Shown piece after piece: positions 16,649 through 26,044 of a stretch of 32,000 nt of DNA. Location of the stretch: positions 1,590,001-1,622,000 of the forward strand of contig OW818668.1 of the NCBI GenBank assembly GCA_942493105.1, written 5' to 3'. This DNA comes from an uncultured Erysipelotrichaceae bacterium (lineage in GTDB: Bacteria > Bacillota_I > Bacilli_A > Erysipelotrichales > Erysipelotrichaceae). A model generated the notes under the pieces. It was not told the origin of the DNA, made no database searches, and saw nothing but the letters and a program-made list of their open reading frames with translations. Numbering within the stretch: position 1 is the first letter of the stretch; each line of letters starts with the position of its first letter. Made by a program: the position numbers and the translations under genes.

Positions 16649-17572
16649 ATGAAAAACAGGTTTAAGGTCATAGATGTTAACCCTAGAGGTTTTTGTAAAG
16701 GGGTTTATAACGCAATAGAACTGGCTAAAAAAGCAAGATTAGAACATCCCAATGAAAAAATAAGCATTTTAGGGGAACTCGTGCATAACAAAGATGTCAC
16801 TTCTGCATTGTCATTGCTAAATATCGATACCATAGAGTCCAAAGGTAAGACAAGATTAGAGCTCCTAGATCAGGCTCATGATGGGATTATCATTTTCTCA
16901 GCCCATGGTGTAAGTCCATTAATTGAAAATAAAGCTAAAAGCAAAGGACTACAAACCATCAATGCGTCTTGTGTCGATGTTTTAGTTACACAAGATCTGA
17001 TAAAGAAATATATTGAACAAAACTACGAAATTCTCTATATTGGACAAAGAGGTCATCCAGAAGCAGAAGCAGTACTAGAAATAAATGAATCAAAAATAAA
17101 CTTAGTTGAAATTGGATTACCAATTCCTAAGGTTGATTCTCCATTGATTTTTGTTACCAATCAAACAACGATGAGTATATTTGATATCCAAGAAACTTTA
17201 AATCTGATTAGTCTTAAGTATCCTCATGCGGTTTTAAGTAATGAAACATGCAGTGCTACTCGTTTAAGACAAGAAGCAATATTAAAATTACCCAACAGTG
17301 TAGATGCCATTGTTATTATTGGAGATCGCCAATCAAATAACACAAGAATGTTGGCAAAGATCGCTCAAAACAAAGAAATACGAAATATCATTTCGGTTCA
17401 AAATCTTAGAGAACTTGATCCATCCCTTCTTGATCATTGTGTTGAAGTGGCGATTACTGCTGGGGCATCAACCCCAAAATTCATCATAGATTCAGTAGTC
17501 AACTTCATTAAAGCATATGCTCAAGATGATTCTGTGCGTAAAGAAGATTATTTAATCAAACCTTTTGTTTAA
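16649..17572 (+). CDS. ispH: 4-hydroxy-3-methylbut-2-enyl diphosphate reductase (MEP pathway)
   Basis: The start is set to ATG 16649 (MKNRFKVIDVNPRGFCKGV), which places the conserved NPRGFC motif at the usual distance from the N-terminus. The track's start at 16607 overlaps the divergent promoter. Cysteines in GFCKG, ASCVD, ETCSATRLRQ. Confidence 0.9.
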   Translation: MKNRFKVIDVNPRGFCKGVYNAIELAKKARLEHPNEKISILGELVHNKDVTSALSLLNIDTIESKGKTRLELLDQAHDGIIIFSAHGVSPLIENKAKSKGLQTINASCVDVLVTQDLIKKYIEQNYEILYIGQRGHPEAEAVLEINESKINLVEIGLPIPKVDSPLIFVTNQTTMSIFDIQETLNLISLKYPHAVLSNETCSATRLRQEAILKLPNSVDAIVIIGDRQSNNTRMLAKIAQNKEIRNIISVQNLRELDPSLLDHCVEVAITAGASTPKFIIDSVVNFIKAYAQDDSVRKEDYLIKPFV

Positions 17573-18211
17573 GATCTCTCGAAGCAAGTTCAATTGATAA
17601 AGATGTTTTTTAGAATTAGGATTTTGAACCAGAATATTCTCAATCAAGTATTGTTGATCGTTAAGATAATCAACATAAACAATATCATTAAGATCAAGCA
17701 ATACACCAAAAAGTGCTTTTGAGTCTTGTAGTTCAGCGCATAATCCTGTAAAGACATAGGATTGAACAAAATAGTAAAAACCATCATACGTTATCTTTTC
17801 AGTGATCATAGAAAATCCCATAAGCGCCATTTTAGACCTTAACACACTGTGTTTTGTATTGGCTTGAGTTAAGATCTGACTAACATTTTTGAATCGCTCA
17901 AGGTCTTTCTCAATGATTTTAACGATCAAATCCCCTCCCATCCCTGCTATCACCACACAGTCAGGGAGAAGTTCAATATTACTTAATCCATCACTTAAGA
18001 CAAAATTGACATTCTCAAAAACATTTGCCTGAGCAAATGTTTTCTGTGCTTGATTTAGTGGTTTTTGTCTCATATCAGATGCGATAACTCTTTTTGCTTT
18101 ATTGCTTTTCAAAGCATGCAAGGCTAAATAACCATGATCTGATCCAATATCTGCTAAAAGATCACAAGGGTTTATAAGACTTAGAATACAATCAAGACGT
18201 TTTGATAACAT
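17552..18211 (-). CDS. trmK: tRNA (adenine22-N1)-methyltransferase
   Basis: 219 aa, MLSKRLDCI...LADIGSDHGYL (TrmK/YqfN family). Located downstream of sigA, as in B. subtilis. Confidence 0.85.
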   Translation of the reverse strand: MLSKRLDCILSLINPCDLLADIGSDHGYLALHALKSNKAKRVIASDMRQKPLNQAQKTFAQANVFENVNFVLSDGLSNIELLPDCVVIAGMGGDLIVKIIEKDLERFKNVSQILTQANTKHSVLRSKMALMGFSMITEKITYDGFYYFVQSYVFTGLCAELQDSKALFGVLLDLNDIVYVDYLNDQQYLIENILVQNPNSKKHLYQLNLLREILNKRFD

Positions 18212-19926
18212 TAAACCTTATCCATGAAATCCCGTAATCGTTTTGAACGATTGGGATGTTTAAGTTTTCTTAGAGCTTTAGCTTCAATTTGACGAATTCT
18301 TTCTCGTGTAACATTAAAGAGTTTTCCGACTTCTTCTAGAGTGCGGGTACGACCATCAATAAGGCCAAAACGTAAACGCAAGACCTTTTCTTCTCTTTCA
18401 GTTAAACCTTCTAAGACTGAATTTATTTCGTCCTTAAGAAGCTGATTGTTTGCATATTCATCTGGAGACATCGCATCTTTGTCTTCAATAAAGTCACCAA
18501 GATGACTATCGTCTTCTTCACCGATCGGAGTTTCTAAAGATACGGGTTCCATCGCGATTTTTTTGATTTCTCTTACTTTTTCGGAAGTTAAACGAGCCGT
18601 TGATTCGACTTTGTTGTTTTCTTCTATAATTTCTTTAGAGTCAATTTCATAACCGCTCTTTTTATATTCCTTTATTTTATCGATACCAATGTTTGCAGCT
18701 ACAGCAATTTCTTCATCTGTCGGTTCACGATCATACAATTGGACCAAGGTACGTTGAATGCGTGTTATCTTATTGATGGTTTCAACCATATGAACGGGAA
18801 TACGAATGGTTCTGGCTTGATCAGCGATTGCTCTGGTAATGGCTTGTCTAATCCACCAAGTAGCATAGGTAGAAAATTTAAACCCTTTTGTATGATCAAA
18901 TTTCTCAACAGCTTTGACTAATCCCATATTGCCTTCTTGAATCAAATCCAGAAAAAGCATACCGCGGCCTACATACTTCTTAGCAATTGATACGACCAAT
19001 CTTAAGTTTGCAGATATCAGTTCATCTTTAGCATGATCACCAATTGCAAGTATTTTTTTGATGTCTCGAATCTCTTCGGTCTTTAGCGGATAATAAACAA
19101 ATAATGCATGCAAGAAGAAACGAGCCAATAGATTATGTTCTAATTCATTATTGAACTCAGCTTTAAGTGTTTTCTTGATGATATAAGTTTCTCTTTTGAA
19201 TAATACTGCAAAGTCTTCAATCTCTGTAATTTCAAGATAGTTATCTAAAGAACTAAAAGTATCGAATTGAATCAAATCATCAAGGATTTCTTTAAGTTGA
19301 GCCTCAGTATGTTTAGAATAGGTTGTTTTAAAGTGGTGCAGTGCTTTCTCAAAATAAGACTCTTTGTTTTCACTCAAATAAGTTTCGATTTTTTTAATAT
19401 CATCAAGAGATAAACTTAAAACGTTGTGATTCTTTTTTGAAAATACCGGGATCTTTGTAAAGATATCTTTATATATTTCATTGAGATCGGCTAACGCAAC
19501 GACTCCTTCAGCGATTTGAACAGCATAAACATTCTCTAGTGCCGTCGTTAACAGCTCAACACGACCAATTTCTTTTAGATATTGCTTTACAGGATCATTG
19601 ACTCTGTTTTGGGTTGTAGCATTGTAATTTAGATCGCTGATGGTTTCTTCTATTTCTTCACTTTCATCTAAGTGTTCTTCTAGAGTATCAATTTCATCTT
19701 CTAAAAGTGTACTGACCAATTCAGTATCCTCAACCAATTCGACATCTTCTGTTAACTGAATGCCTTGTTTAAGTAAATCATCCAGAAAGCTTGAACTATC
19801 TTCATCACTTAGATTGAAATCTTCTAGTTCATTTAAAACTTGTTCATGAGTCAAAATACCTTTGGTTTTATATTGATTCAATAAGTGTGCTTTTAAATCT
19901 GTAATATTGGAGAATTTTTGTGACAT
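18211..19926 (-). CDS. sigA: Primary RNA polymerase sigma factor, unusually long (571 aa) with two insertions
   Basis: Region 1.2 [13 protein letters not shown]; 2.x [61 protein letters not shown]; 4.2 [39 protein letters not shown]. Confidence 0.96.
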   Translation of the reverse strand: MSQKFSNITDLKAHLLNQYKTKGILTHEQVLNELEDFNLSDEDSSSFLDDLLKQGIQLTEDVELVEDTELVSTLLEDEIDTLEEHLDESEEIEETISDLNYNATTQNRVNDPVKQYLKEIGRVELLTTALENVYAVQIAEGVVALADLNEIYKDIFTKIPVFSKKNHNVLSLSLDDIKKIETYLSENKESYFEKALHHFKTTYSKHTEAQLKEILDDLIQFDTFSSLDNYLEITEIEDFAVLFKRETYIIKKTLKAEFNNELEHNLLARFFLHALFVYYPLKTEEIRDIKKILAIGDHAKDELISANLRLVVSIAKKYVGRGMLFLDLIQEGNMGLVKAVEKFDHTKGFKFSTYATWWIRQAITRAIADQARTIRIPVHMVETINKITRIQRTLVQLYDREPTDEEIAVAANIGIDKIKEYKKSGYEIDSKEIIEENNKVESTARLTSEKVREIKKIAMEPVSLETPIGEEDDSHLGDFIEDKDAMSPDEYANNQLLKDEINSVLEGLTEREEKVLRLRFGLIDGRTRTLEEVGKLFNVTRERIRQIEAKALRKLKHPNRSKRLRDFMDKV

Positions 19927-19927
19927 A

Positions 19928-21697
19928 TTAAGCTCCTTTTATTTCTTTACGCAATGCTTGTCTTTCTTCCCTTAGCTGACTCATGGTCTTTAGATACCTT
20001 TGGTGCTCGTCAAAATCGAGTTCATTTTTGATCAGTTGTTTTATCTGATCCATTTTTTCATCCAACAGGCTTATCTTGACCTGAATCATAGCGTCGTTTA
20101 GAGAAACTTCATTGTAATCCTTGTAGTAAATTTCATTGGCAGACAAGTCTGTCAGCAATCTAAGCATATTTGGATCGTCTATCGTATTGATAAAGTCCGC
20201 AATCGTAATGGTTTCATTTTTCCGATAATAATCCATAATCAGCAAAGCACAGGTATTGTGTTGCGGATTGGGTAAGAACCCTAGTTTATCTTTATAATCA
20301 TCAACTGCTTTGATGCTTTTTAACATCATCCCAAGGATTTCAAAATCTGCCCATTGTCGAATGTTGTTTGGTGATTTTGGAATCGCCAAACTCACAATCG
20401 GTCTTGTTTCGCTTATAGGTTTTGAACTCAGCATTTTCAACTGATCTTGGGCAAAGCCTGTGGTTTCACTTAATCTGGACAACAGATTACTTTGATCGAA
20501 TTCATCTTTAATAATGGATATCTCTTCCATCATCAATTTTGCGAACTCTTTTTTTTGAGTATAATTATTCAAATCGAATTTTTTAAGGAAATAACTAAAG
20601 ATAAAATCTGTAAAATTGATGGTTGATGAAATCAGGGTACGTAATGATTCTAAAGATTTCTTTTGAGCAATTTCATCTGGATCAAGACCAGTGTTATTTA
20701 AAACGACCTCAACACTAAGACGAAACGATCTTAGTAACTTTCCGATTTTAAAAGTTGCATTCAAACCTGCTTCATCCCCATCATAACACAATAAGACATT
20801 TGTTGATGCTTGTTGAATCAAACGTATCTGATCAGAAGTACATGCAGTACCTAAAGTCGCAACAACATTCGTAATGCCGGCTCGATCAAAAGCCAAGACA
20901 TCCGTAACACCTTCCACTAAAATAATCTGCTTTTGTTTTTTGCAGTTAGGCAAGGCGCGATGATAATTATACAACAATTTCCCTTTAACATAGACAGGAG
21001 TTTCAGAAGAATTGACATATTTACTGCTTTCGTTTGGATTAAGTGTTCTTGCACTGAACCCTACCGGGTTGCCTTGAGCATCATGAATAGGAAAAGTAAT
21101 ACGGTTATAAAATACATCAGAAGGTCCATTATCACTGATGCGCGTTACATTAGCACTAACACATTCTTGAAGACTAAAACCCTTAGCTTGTAAAAATTGA
21201 GTGGTTTGCGACTTATCTAAATTGATTCCTATTTCAAATTTTTTGATCTGTTCTTCATGTATTCCTCGTTTAATGAGATAAGGCTTAGCATTTATCACAT
21301 CATTGGTATTGAGTAGATACTGTGAATAATTGATCATTTCTTTGAGAAGTTTATGAAGACGCTGATGTTCAGGATTGATTTGAGGAAGATCAAATGATGT
21401 GCTTTCTTTGAGTGAATAATTGACATAATTCGCAACCTTAATTACGGCTTCTGAAAAACTTATTTTCTCGTAAGATTTTACGAAGTTAAAGACATTGCCT
21501 CCTTCTCCACAGACAAAACATTTGAATATTTGTTTGTCGAGTGAAATGGAAAGCGAAGGATCGTGGTCATCATGAAAAGGACATACAGCAGCGAAGTTTT
21601 TACCCTTTTTAACCAAAGGGATATAACGTTGGATAATGTCGGCGATGTCGGCTTTTTGACGTATTTCGTTGATGTCTTCCTCGCTGATTTTACTCAC
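19928..21697 (-). CDS. dnaG: DNA primase
   Basis: 589 aa. Zinc ribbon [30 protein letters not shown] motifs VEGVTDV and YDGDEAG. GTG start with SD AAGGAGA. Confidence 0.95.
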   Translation of the reverse strand: MSKISEEDINEIRQKADIADIIQRYIPLVKKGKNFAAVCPFHDDHDPSLSISLDKQIFKCFVCGEGGNVFNFVKSYEKISFSEAVIKVANYVNYSLKESTSFDLPQINPEHQRLHKLLKEMINYSQYLLNTNDVINAKPYLIKRGIHEEQIKKFEIGINLDKSQTTQFLQAKGFSLQECVSANVTRISDNGPSDVFYNRITFPIHDAQGNPVGFSARTLNPNESSKYVNSSETPVYVKGKLLYNYHRALPNCKKQKQIILVEGVTDVLAFDRAGITNVVATLGTACTSDQIRLIQQASTNVLLCYDGDEAGLNATFKIGKLLRSFRLSVEVVLNNTGLDPDEIAQKKSLESLRTLISSTINFTDFIFSYFLKKFDLNNYTQKKEFAKLMMEEISIIKDEFDQSNLLSRLSETTGFAQDQLKMLSSKPISETRPIVSLAIPKSPNNIRQWADFEILGMMLKSIKAVDDYKDKLGFLPNPQHNTCALLIMDYYRKNETITIADFINTIDDPNMLRLLTDLSANEIYYKDYNEVSLNDAMIQVKISLLDEKMDQIKQLIKNELDFDEHQRYLKTMSQLREERQALRKEIKGA

Positions 21698-21705
21698 AGT
21701 TCTCC

Positions 21706-23076
21706 TTAGAATTTGATTCTGGATGCAATATATTGATGTAGTTCGCTGATGAGTACACGTTCTTGTTTCATAGAATCACGTTCTCTGGTCGTCACCATAC
21801 CATCATTGATGGAGTCAAAATCGACTGTGATACAAAAAGGCGTCCCAATCGCATCTTGTCTGCGATAGCGTTTCCCAATCGAACCTGCTTCATCGTAATC
21901 AACCATAAATGACTCAGCTAAATTGGCTCTGATGGTTTCTGCCTGATCAGAAAGTTGCTTGCTTAAAGGTAAGATGGCTGCTTTAAATGGTGCCAGTGCT
22001 GGATGAAAATGCAAAACGACACGTGTATCATTTTCAAGTTGTTCTTCTTCATAGGCATCCGTTAAGAAGGTTAAGAATAAACGTTCTACCCCAACGGCAG
22101 GTTCTACACAATAAGGGACGAATTTCTCATTGGTCATTGGATCCAAATATTCCATAGAAACTCCCGAGTAATCTTGATGTTGAGTCAAATCATAGTTCGT
22201 TCGATCCGCAATACCCCAGATTTCATCAAAACCCCACGGGAAAAGGTATTCTATATCACTTGTTCCGGTTGAATAATGAGATAATTCAGCCAATTCGTGT
22301 TCACGAATACGAAGATGATCTGGTTGTACACCTAGGCTCAATAACCAATTAAAACATGTTTCTTTCCAATAAGCATACCAAACTAAATCTTCACCCGGTT
22401 TACAAAAGAATTCCAATTCCATTTGCTCAAACTCACGTGTACGGAAAATAAAATTACCAGGAGTGATCTCATTACGGAATGATTTACCTATTTGACCTAT
22501 TCCAAACGGAATCTTCTTGCGCATGGTACGCTGTACGTTTTTGAAATTGACAAACATCCCTTGAGCAGTTTCAGGTCTTAAATAAATAACACTTTTAGAA
22601 TCTTCTACAACGCCTTGAAACGTTTTAAACATCAAGTTAAACTGACGGATCTCGGTGAAATCATGGGCTCCACAGTTAGGGCATCCAATGTTGTTTTCTT
22701 TGATATAGGCTTCCATTTCTTCTTTTTTCATGACAGAAGCATTGATCTTGCCTAAAGCAAATGCATCGATCAATTTATCAGCTCTATGACGTGTTTTACA
22801 CTGCTTGCAGTCCATTAAAGGATCGCTAAAGGTCTTTAGGTGTCCTGAGGCTTCCCATACCTTAGGATTCATTAAAATGGCGGATTGGATTCCTACATTA
22901 TATTTATTGGCTTGAATGAATTTTAGCCACCAAGCTTTTTTTATGTTGTCTTTAAGTTCAATACCTAAAGGTCCAAAGTCCCACGTATTGGCCAAACCTC
23001 CATAGATTTCAGAACCTGAATAGACAAATCCTGTTATTTTGGCATGATTAACAATGGTTTCAAAATTGACTGACAT
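21706..23076 (-). CDS. glyQS: Glycine--tRNA ligase (alpha2 single-chain type)
   Basis: The start is set to ATG 23076 ([13 protein letters not shown]..) with SD AAAGGAGA. Class II motifs ..[25 protein letters not shown].. The track start at 23130 runs into recO. Confidence 0.95.
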   Translation of the reverse strand: MSVNFETIVNHAKITGFVYSGSEIYGGLANTWDFGPLGIELKDNIKKAWWLKFIQANKYNVGIQSAILMNPKVWEASGHLKTFSDPLMDCKQCKTRHRADKLIDAFALGKINASVMKKEEMEAYIKENNIGCPNCGAHDFTEIRQFNLMFKTFQGVVEDSKSVIYLRPETAQGMFVNFKNVQRTMRKKIPFGIGQIGKSFRNEITPGNFIFRTREFEQMELEFFCKPGEDLVWYAYWKETCFNWLLSLGVQPDHLRIREHELAELSHYSTGTSDIEYLFPWGFDEIWGIADRTNYDLTQHQDYSGVSMEYLDPMTNEKFVPYCVEPAVGVERLFLTFLTDAYEEEQLENDTRVVLHFHPALAPFKAAILPLSKQLSDQAETIRANLAESFMVDYDEAGSIGKRYRRQDAIGTPFCITVDFDSINDGMVTTRERDSMKQERVLISELHQYIASRIKF

Positions 23077-23093
23077 AGCTTTCTCCTTTATAT

Positions 23094-23846
23094 CTAGTTT
23101 ATTATAGACCATTTCTCTAAGAATACCCATGATTTAAGCGAAATGTTGGTATGAAATTTCATGAACTCATAGAGATAATTGATGAGTTCTTTATCTGGAT
23201 CCTTATAATTCAAATATCGATTGAAGTTCTCTGATGTTACTTTATTGACGATACGGAAAGCATACAGAAACTCAGGTGTAAAAATTTGACTTTGGATTTC
23301 TTTTTGACAATCGGAACAGATAAAGCCACCCTCTTCCATTGAAATACTATTGATTTGGGTTTCTGAACATAAAGTACATTCATCTACTTGAGGTTCTACC
23401 CCAAGCCATTTTAATCCACTCACTAAGAAATAAGCGAGTACATGTTTGATTTTAGAACTTTGTTCCAAGACATTAACGCATTGAGTATAAACCTGATAAA
23501 TATCAACAGCCAAACTTGGATCATAATTATCATTCAAAAACTGTTCAGTCATTTCACTGATAATACTCATCACAGTTTGTTTATTGATGTCTTCTCTTAA
23601 TATACGATGTGAGGATTTTAATGAAGCACTGTGCAGTATTTGAAGTTTGCTCCCCTCTTTTTCGTCATAAGTGAGAATACTTTCCGAAAAAGGTAAACAA
23701 GCTGCTGCATTTTTACTTTCATTCTTAAGTAAACCTTTCGCAATGAAAGTGACGATTCCCTTTTCTAAACTTAATGTTTTAAGTAAGGCATCATTCTCTT
23801 TATAATCCATTTGGTTTAGTACAAATACATTTAGGACATCATTCAT
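23094..23846 (-). CDS. recO: DNA repair protein RecO
   Basis: The start is set to ATG 23846 ([22 protein letters not shown]), which overlaps the era stop by 8 nt (ATGAATGA). Zinc motif CTLC...CSDC. Confidence 0.9.
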   Translation of the reverse strand: MNDVLNVFVLNQMDYKENDALLKTLSLEKGIVTFIAKGLLKNESKNAAACLPFSESILTYDEKEGSKLQILHSASLKSSHRILREDINKQTVMSIISEMTEQFLNDNYDPSLAVDIYQVYTQCVNVLEQSSKIKHVLAYFLVSGLKWLGVEPQVDECTLCSETQINSISMEEGGFICSDCQKEIQSQIFTPEFLYAFRIVNKVTSENFNRYLNYKDPDKELINYLYEFMKFHTNISLKSWVFLEKWSIIN

Positions 23847-24738
23847 TATAATCAGACCCTGTATTTTGTTTATTAATGGCATTTAGCTTTTGAGTAGAAT
23901 TACGCCAGTTTTTCTCTACTTTGACCATTAAATCAAGATAAATATTTTTCCCCAACCTTTTCTCAAGAATAGTGCGGGCTCCTGTTCCTATGGCTTTGAT
24001 TTTCTGTCCTTGTTTGCCTATGATAATTGATTTTTGCGAATCTCTTTCAACCAAAATACTGGCTTGAATTAAGATAGATTGCTTATCTTCTTTAAAATTA
24101 TCAATCAAAATCGCAACTGAATGCGGTATTTCTTCTGAAGTTGAAATAAGAATTTGTTCACGTATGATTTCAGTGATAAAGAATTGTTCGGGATATTCAG
24201 TGATCATATCTGTAGGATAAAGAGTTTCACCTTCAGGTAAATAGTCAAGTGTAACCTTTAATAGTGTATCTACGTTATCATTGGTAATGGCACTGACAGG
24301 AATGATTTCACTGAACAATTGTGTTTTATTGAGTTCAGTCAACTTAACGATCATTTGTTCCCTATTCAAAAGGTCAATCTTATTAAAAATCAAGAAAATT
24401 GGAATATTCTCTTTCTTTATGAGATCCAATACAAATTGATCACCTTGGCCAAATGCTTGGGTCGCATCCAAAAGAAAGTAGACCACATCTACCCCATCCA
24501 TTGCGGATACGGCCGTCTTATTGAGCTGTTTACCCAATTCATGTAAGGGTTTATGAATGCCTGGGGTATCTATAAAAATGATTTGAGCCAATTCTGTCGA
24601 TAAAATTGCTTTTATACTATTACGTGTTGTTTGTGCTTTATCAGATACAATCGAAATCTTATCCTTCATGATCTGATTCAATAAAGTGCTTTTACCGGCG
24701 TTTGGGCGACCAATCAAAGCTACAAATCCGACTTTCAT
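23839..24738 (-). CDS. era: GTPase Era
   Basis: 299 aa. GRPNAGKSTL, DTPG, NKID, and a C-terminal KH domain (..IIGKQGQKIKAIG..). Confidence 0.97.
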   Translation of the reverse strand: MKVGFVALIGRPNAGKSTLLNQIMKDKISIVSDKAQTTRNSIKAILSTELAQIIFIDTPGIHKPLHELGKQLNKTAVSAMDGVDVVYFLLDATQAFGQGDQFVLDLIKKENIPIFLIFNKIDLLNREQMIVKLTELNKTQLFSEIIPVSAITNDNVDTLLKVTLDYLPEGETLYPTDMITEYPEQFFITEIIREQILISTSEEIPHSVAILIDNFKEDKQSILIQASILVERDSQKSIIIGKQGQKIKAIGTGARTILEKRLGKNIYLDLMVKVEKNWRNSTQKLNAINKQNTGSDYNE

Positions 24739-25133
24739 TAAAGATCCTCTTGAGTAAAACGCATTGGTAAAAGTTCGGCAACAGACTTGATAACTGTTTC
24801 TTTACCATTTGAAAGAATAATCGGACAATTTTCATCGATCAGTTCTGACAATACTTGACGACAAATCCCACATGGTGCACCAATTCGATGACCATTAGAT
24901 ACGATTGCTATTGCTTTAATGTCTTCTTTTCGATATCCATGAGAATATGCGGCAAAGATGGCACTTCTTTCTCCACAATTGGTCGCACCAAATGAAGCGT
25001 TTTCAATATTTGCCCCTATAAATGTTTTATCATCATTCGTTAATACGCAAGCCCCAACATGATAATGTGAGTATGGGGCATAAGCATGATCCATCGCTTC
25101 AAATGCGAGTTTTAGTAAATCTTTGTTATTCAT
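24738..25133 (-). CDS. cdd: Cytidine deaminase
   Basis: 131 aa with zinc ligands in CGERSA and PCGICRQ. Confidence 0.95.
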   Translation of the reverse strand: MNNKDLLKLAFEAMDHAYAPYSHYHVGACVLTNDDKTFIGANIENASFGATNCGERSAIFAAYSHGYRKEDIKAIAIVSNGHRIGAPCGICRQVLSELIDENCPIILSNGKETVIKSVAELLPMRFTQEDL

Positions 25134-25142
25134 ATCATCCTC

Positions 25143-25511
25143 CTAGATGTGGTTAAGCAAAAACATGACACCAATGATCAATGCGACCAAAGCACTGAAC
25201 CCAACTGAAGCAGCTCCAAGATCTTTCGCAGTTTTAGCTTGTTTAGAAAAACGTGAATCTAGATGATCAATCATATTCTCAACAGCACTGTTCAGATACT
25301 CAAAACAGATGACCATCCCGATACAGACCATCAGAATACTTATTTCTATGACCGTAAATTTAAATATCAGAGAAACTGCCAATGCAAAAGAAGCGAATAT
25401 AAATTGGAGCTGAATACTGAAATCATGGAGTATCCCATCAATCAAACCCGCAAAAGCATAATAGAATTTCTTATAAATACGTGCAAGTGCATTATCTGGG
25501 CGCGATGTCAT
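25143..25511 (-). CDS. dgkA: Diacylglycerol/undecaprenol kinase (DgkA family)
   Basis: 122 aa, 3 TM segments, in the conserved ybeY-dgkA-cdd position. Confidence 0.88.
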   Translation of the reverse strand: MTSRPDNALARIYKKFYYAFAGLIDGILHDFSIQLQFIFASFALAVSLIFKFTVIEISILMVCIGMVICFEYLNSAVENMIDHLDSRFSKQAKTAKDLGAASVGFSALVALIIGVMFLLNHI

Positions 25512-25941
25512 TCAAAATCTCCTTTTGTAAAGCAAACATTTCATCTTCATCTTTTTGATTCATATGATCATAACCAAGTAGATGAAGTAAACCATGAGTA
25601 ATTAAAAACAAGTATTCTCGTTGTTCACTATGACCATACTCTTTTGCTTGTTTAGCGACATCATCAAGATTGATAAAGATGTCTCCTATTTCATCTGAAA
25701 AGTCTAAGTAATCATCTAATCCATCGTTATACGCAAAACTAATGACATCTGTGGGTTGATCTAGTTTTCGATAATCGCGGTTGATCAATTGAATAGCACC
25801 ACTGTCAACCAACACGACTGAATATGTAAATCTTACAGGTAAATCCAAAAGAGAAGTTACTTTAGAATTGATCTTAGTTATTTTAGGTCGAAGCGAAACA
25901 TAATTTTTGTTTTCAGTTTGGTTGATAAGGGTCGTTTTCAC
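25492..25941 (-). CDS. ybeY: rRNA maturation endoribonuclease YbeY
   Basis: 149 aa. Zinc motif HGLLHLLGYDH and INRDYRKLDQPTDVISFA. The GTG start is the first start after an in-frame TAA 2 codons upstream. No SD. Confidence 0.9.
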   Translation of the reverse strand: MKTTLINQTENKNYVSLRPKITKINSKVTSLLDLPVRFTYSVVLVDSGAIQLINRDYRKLDQPTDVISFAYNDGLDDYLDFSDEIGDIFINLDDVAKQAKEYGHSEQREYLFLITHGLLHLLGYDHMNQKDEDEMFALQKEILNDIAPR

Positions 25942-25947
25942 TGTTTA

Positions 25948-25956
25948 ATTATATCA
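25948..25956 (-). promoter_or_regulatory. Extended -10 (TGaTATAAT) exactly 6 nt upstream of the ybeY GTG (leaderless geometry)
   Basis: The minus strand reads ctaTGaTATAATtaaacaGTGAAAACG. Confidence 0.5.
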
Positions 25957-26044
25957 TAGTCCGCTAAGCCATTTTTTTCGCTTTCTTATAATTCATGTGT
26001 AAATGTTCATGGTTTTTGTTAAAATGATTAGCGGAGGGTTTAAA

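Noticed and set aside
25263-25601. 112-aa plus-strand ORF antisense to dgkA/ybeY
   Set aside because: Shadow ORF of two conserved minus-strand genes.
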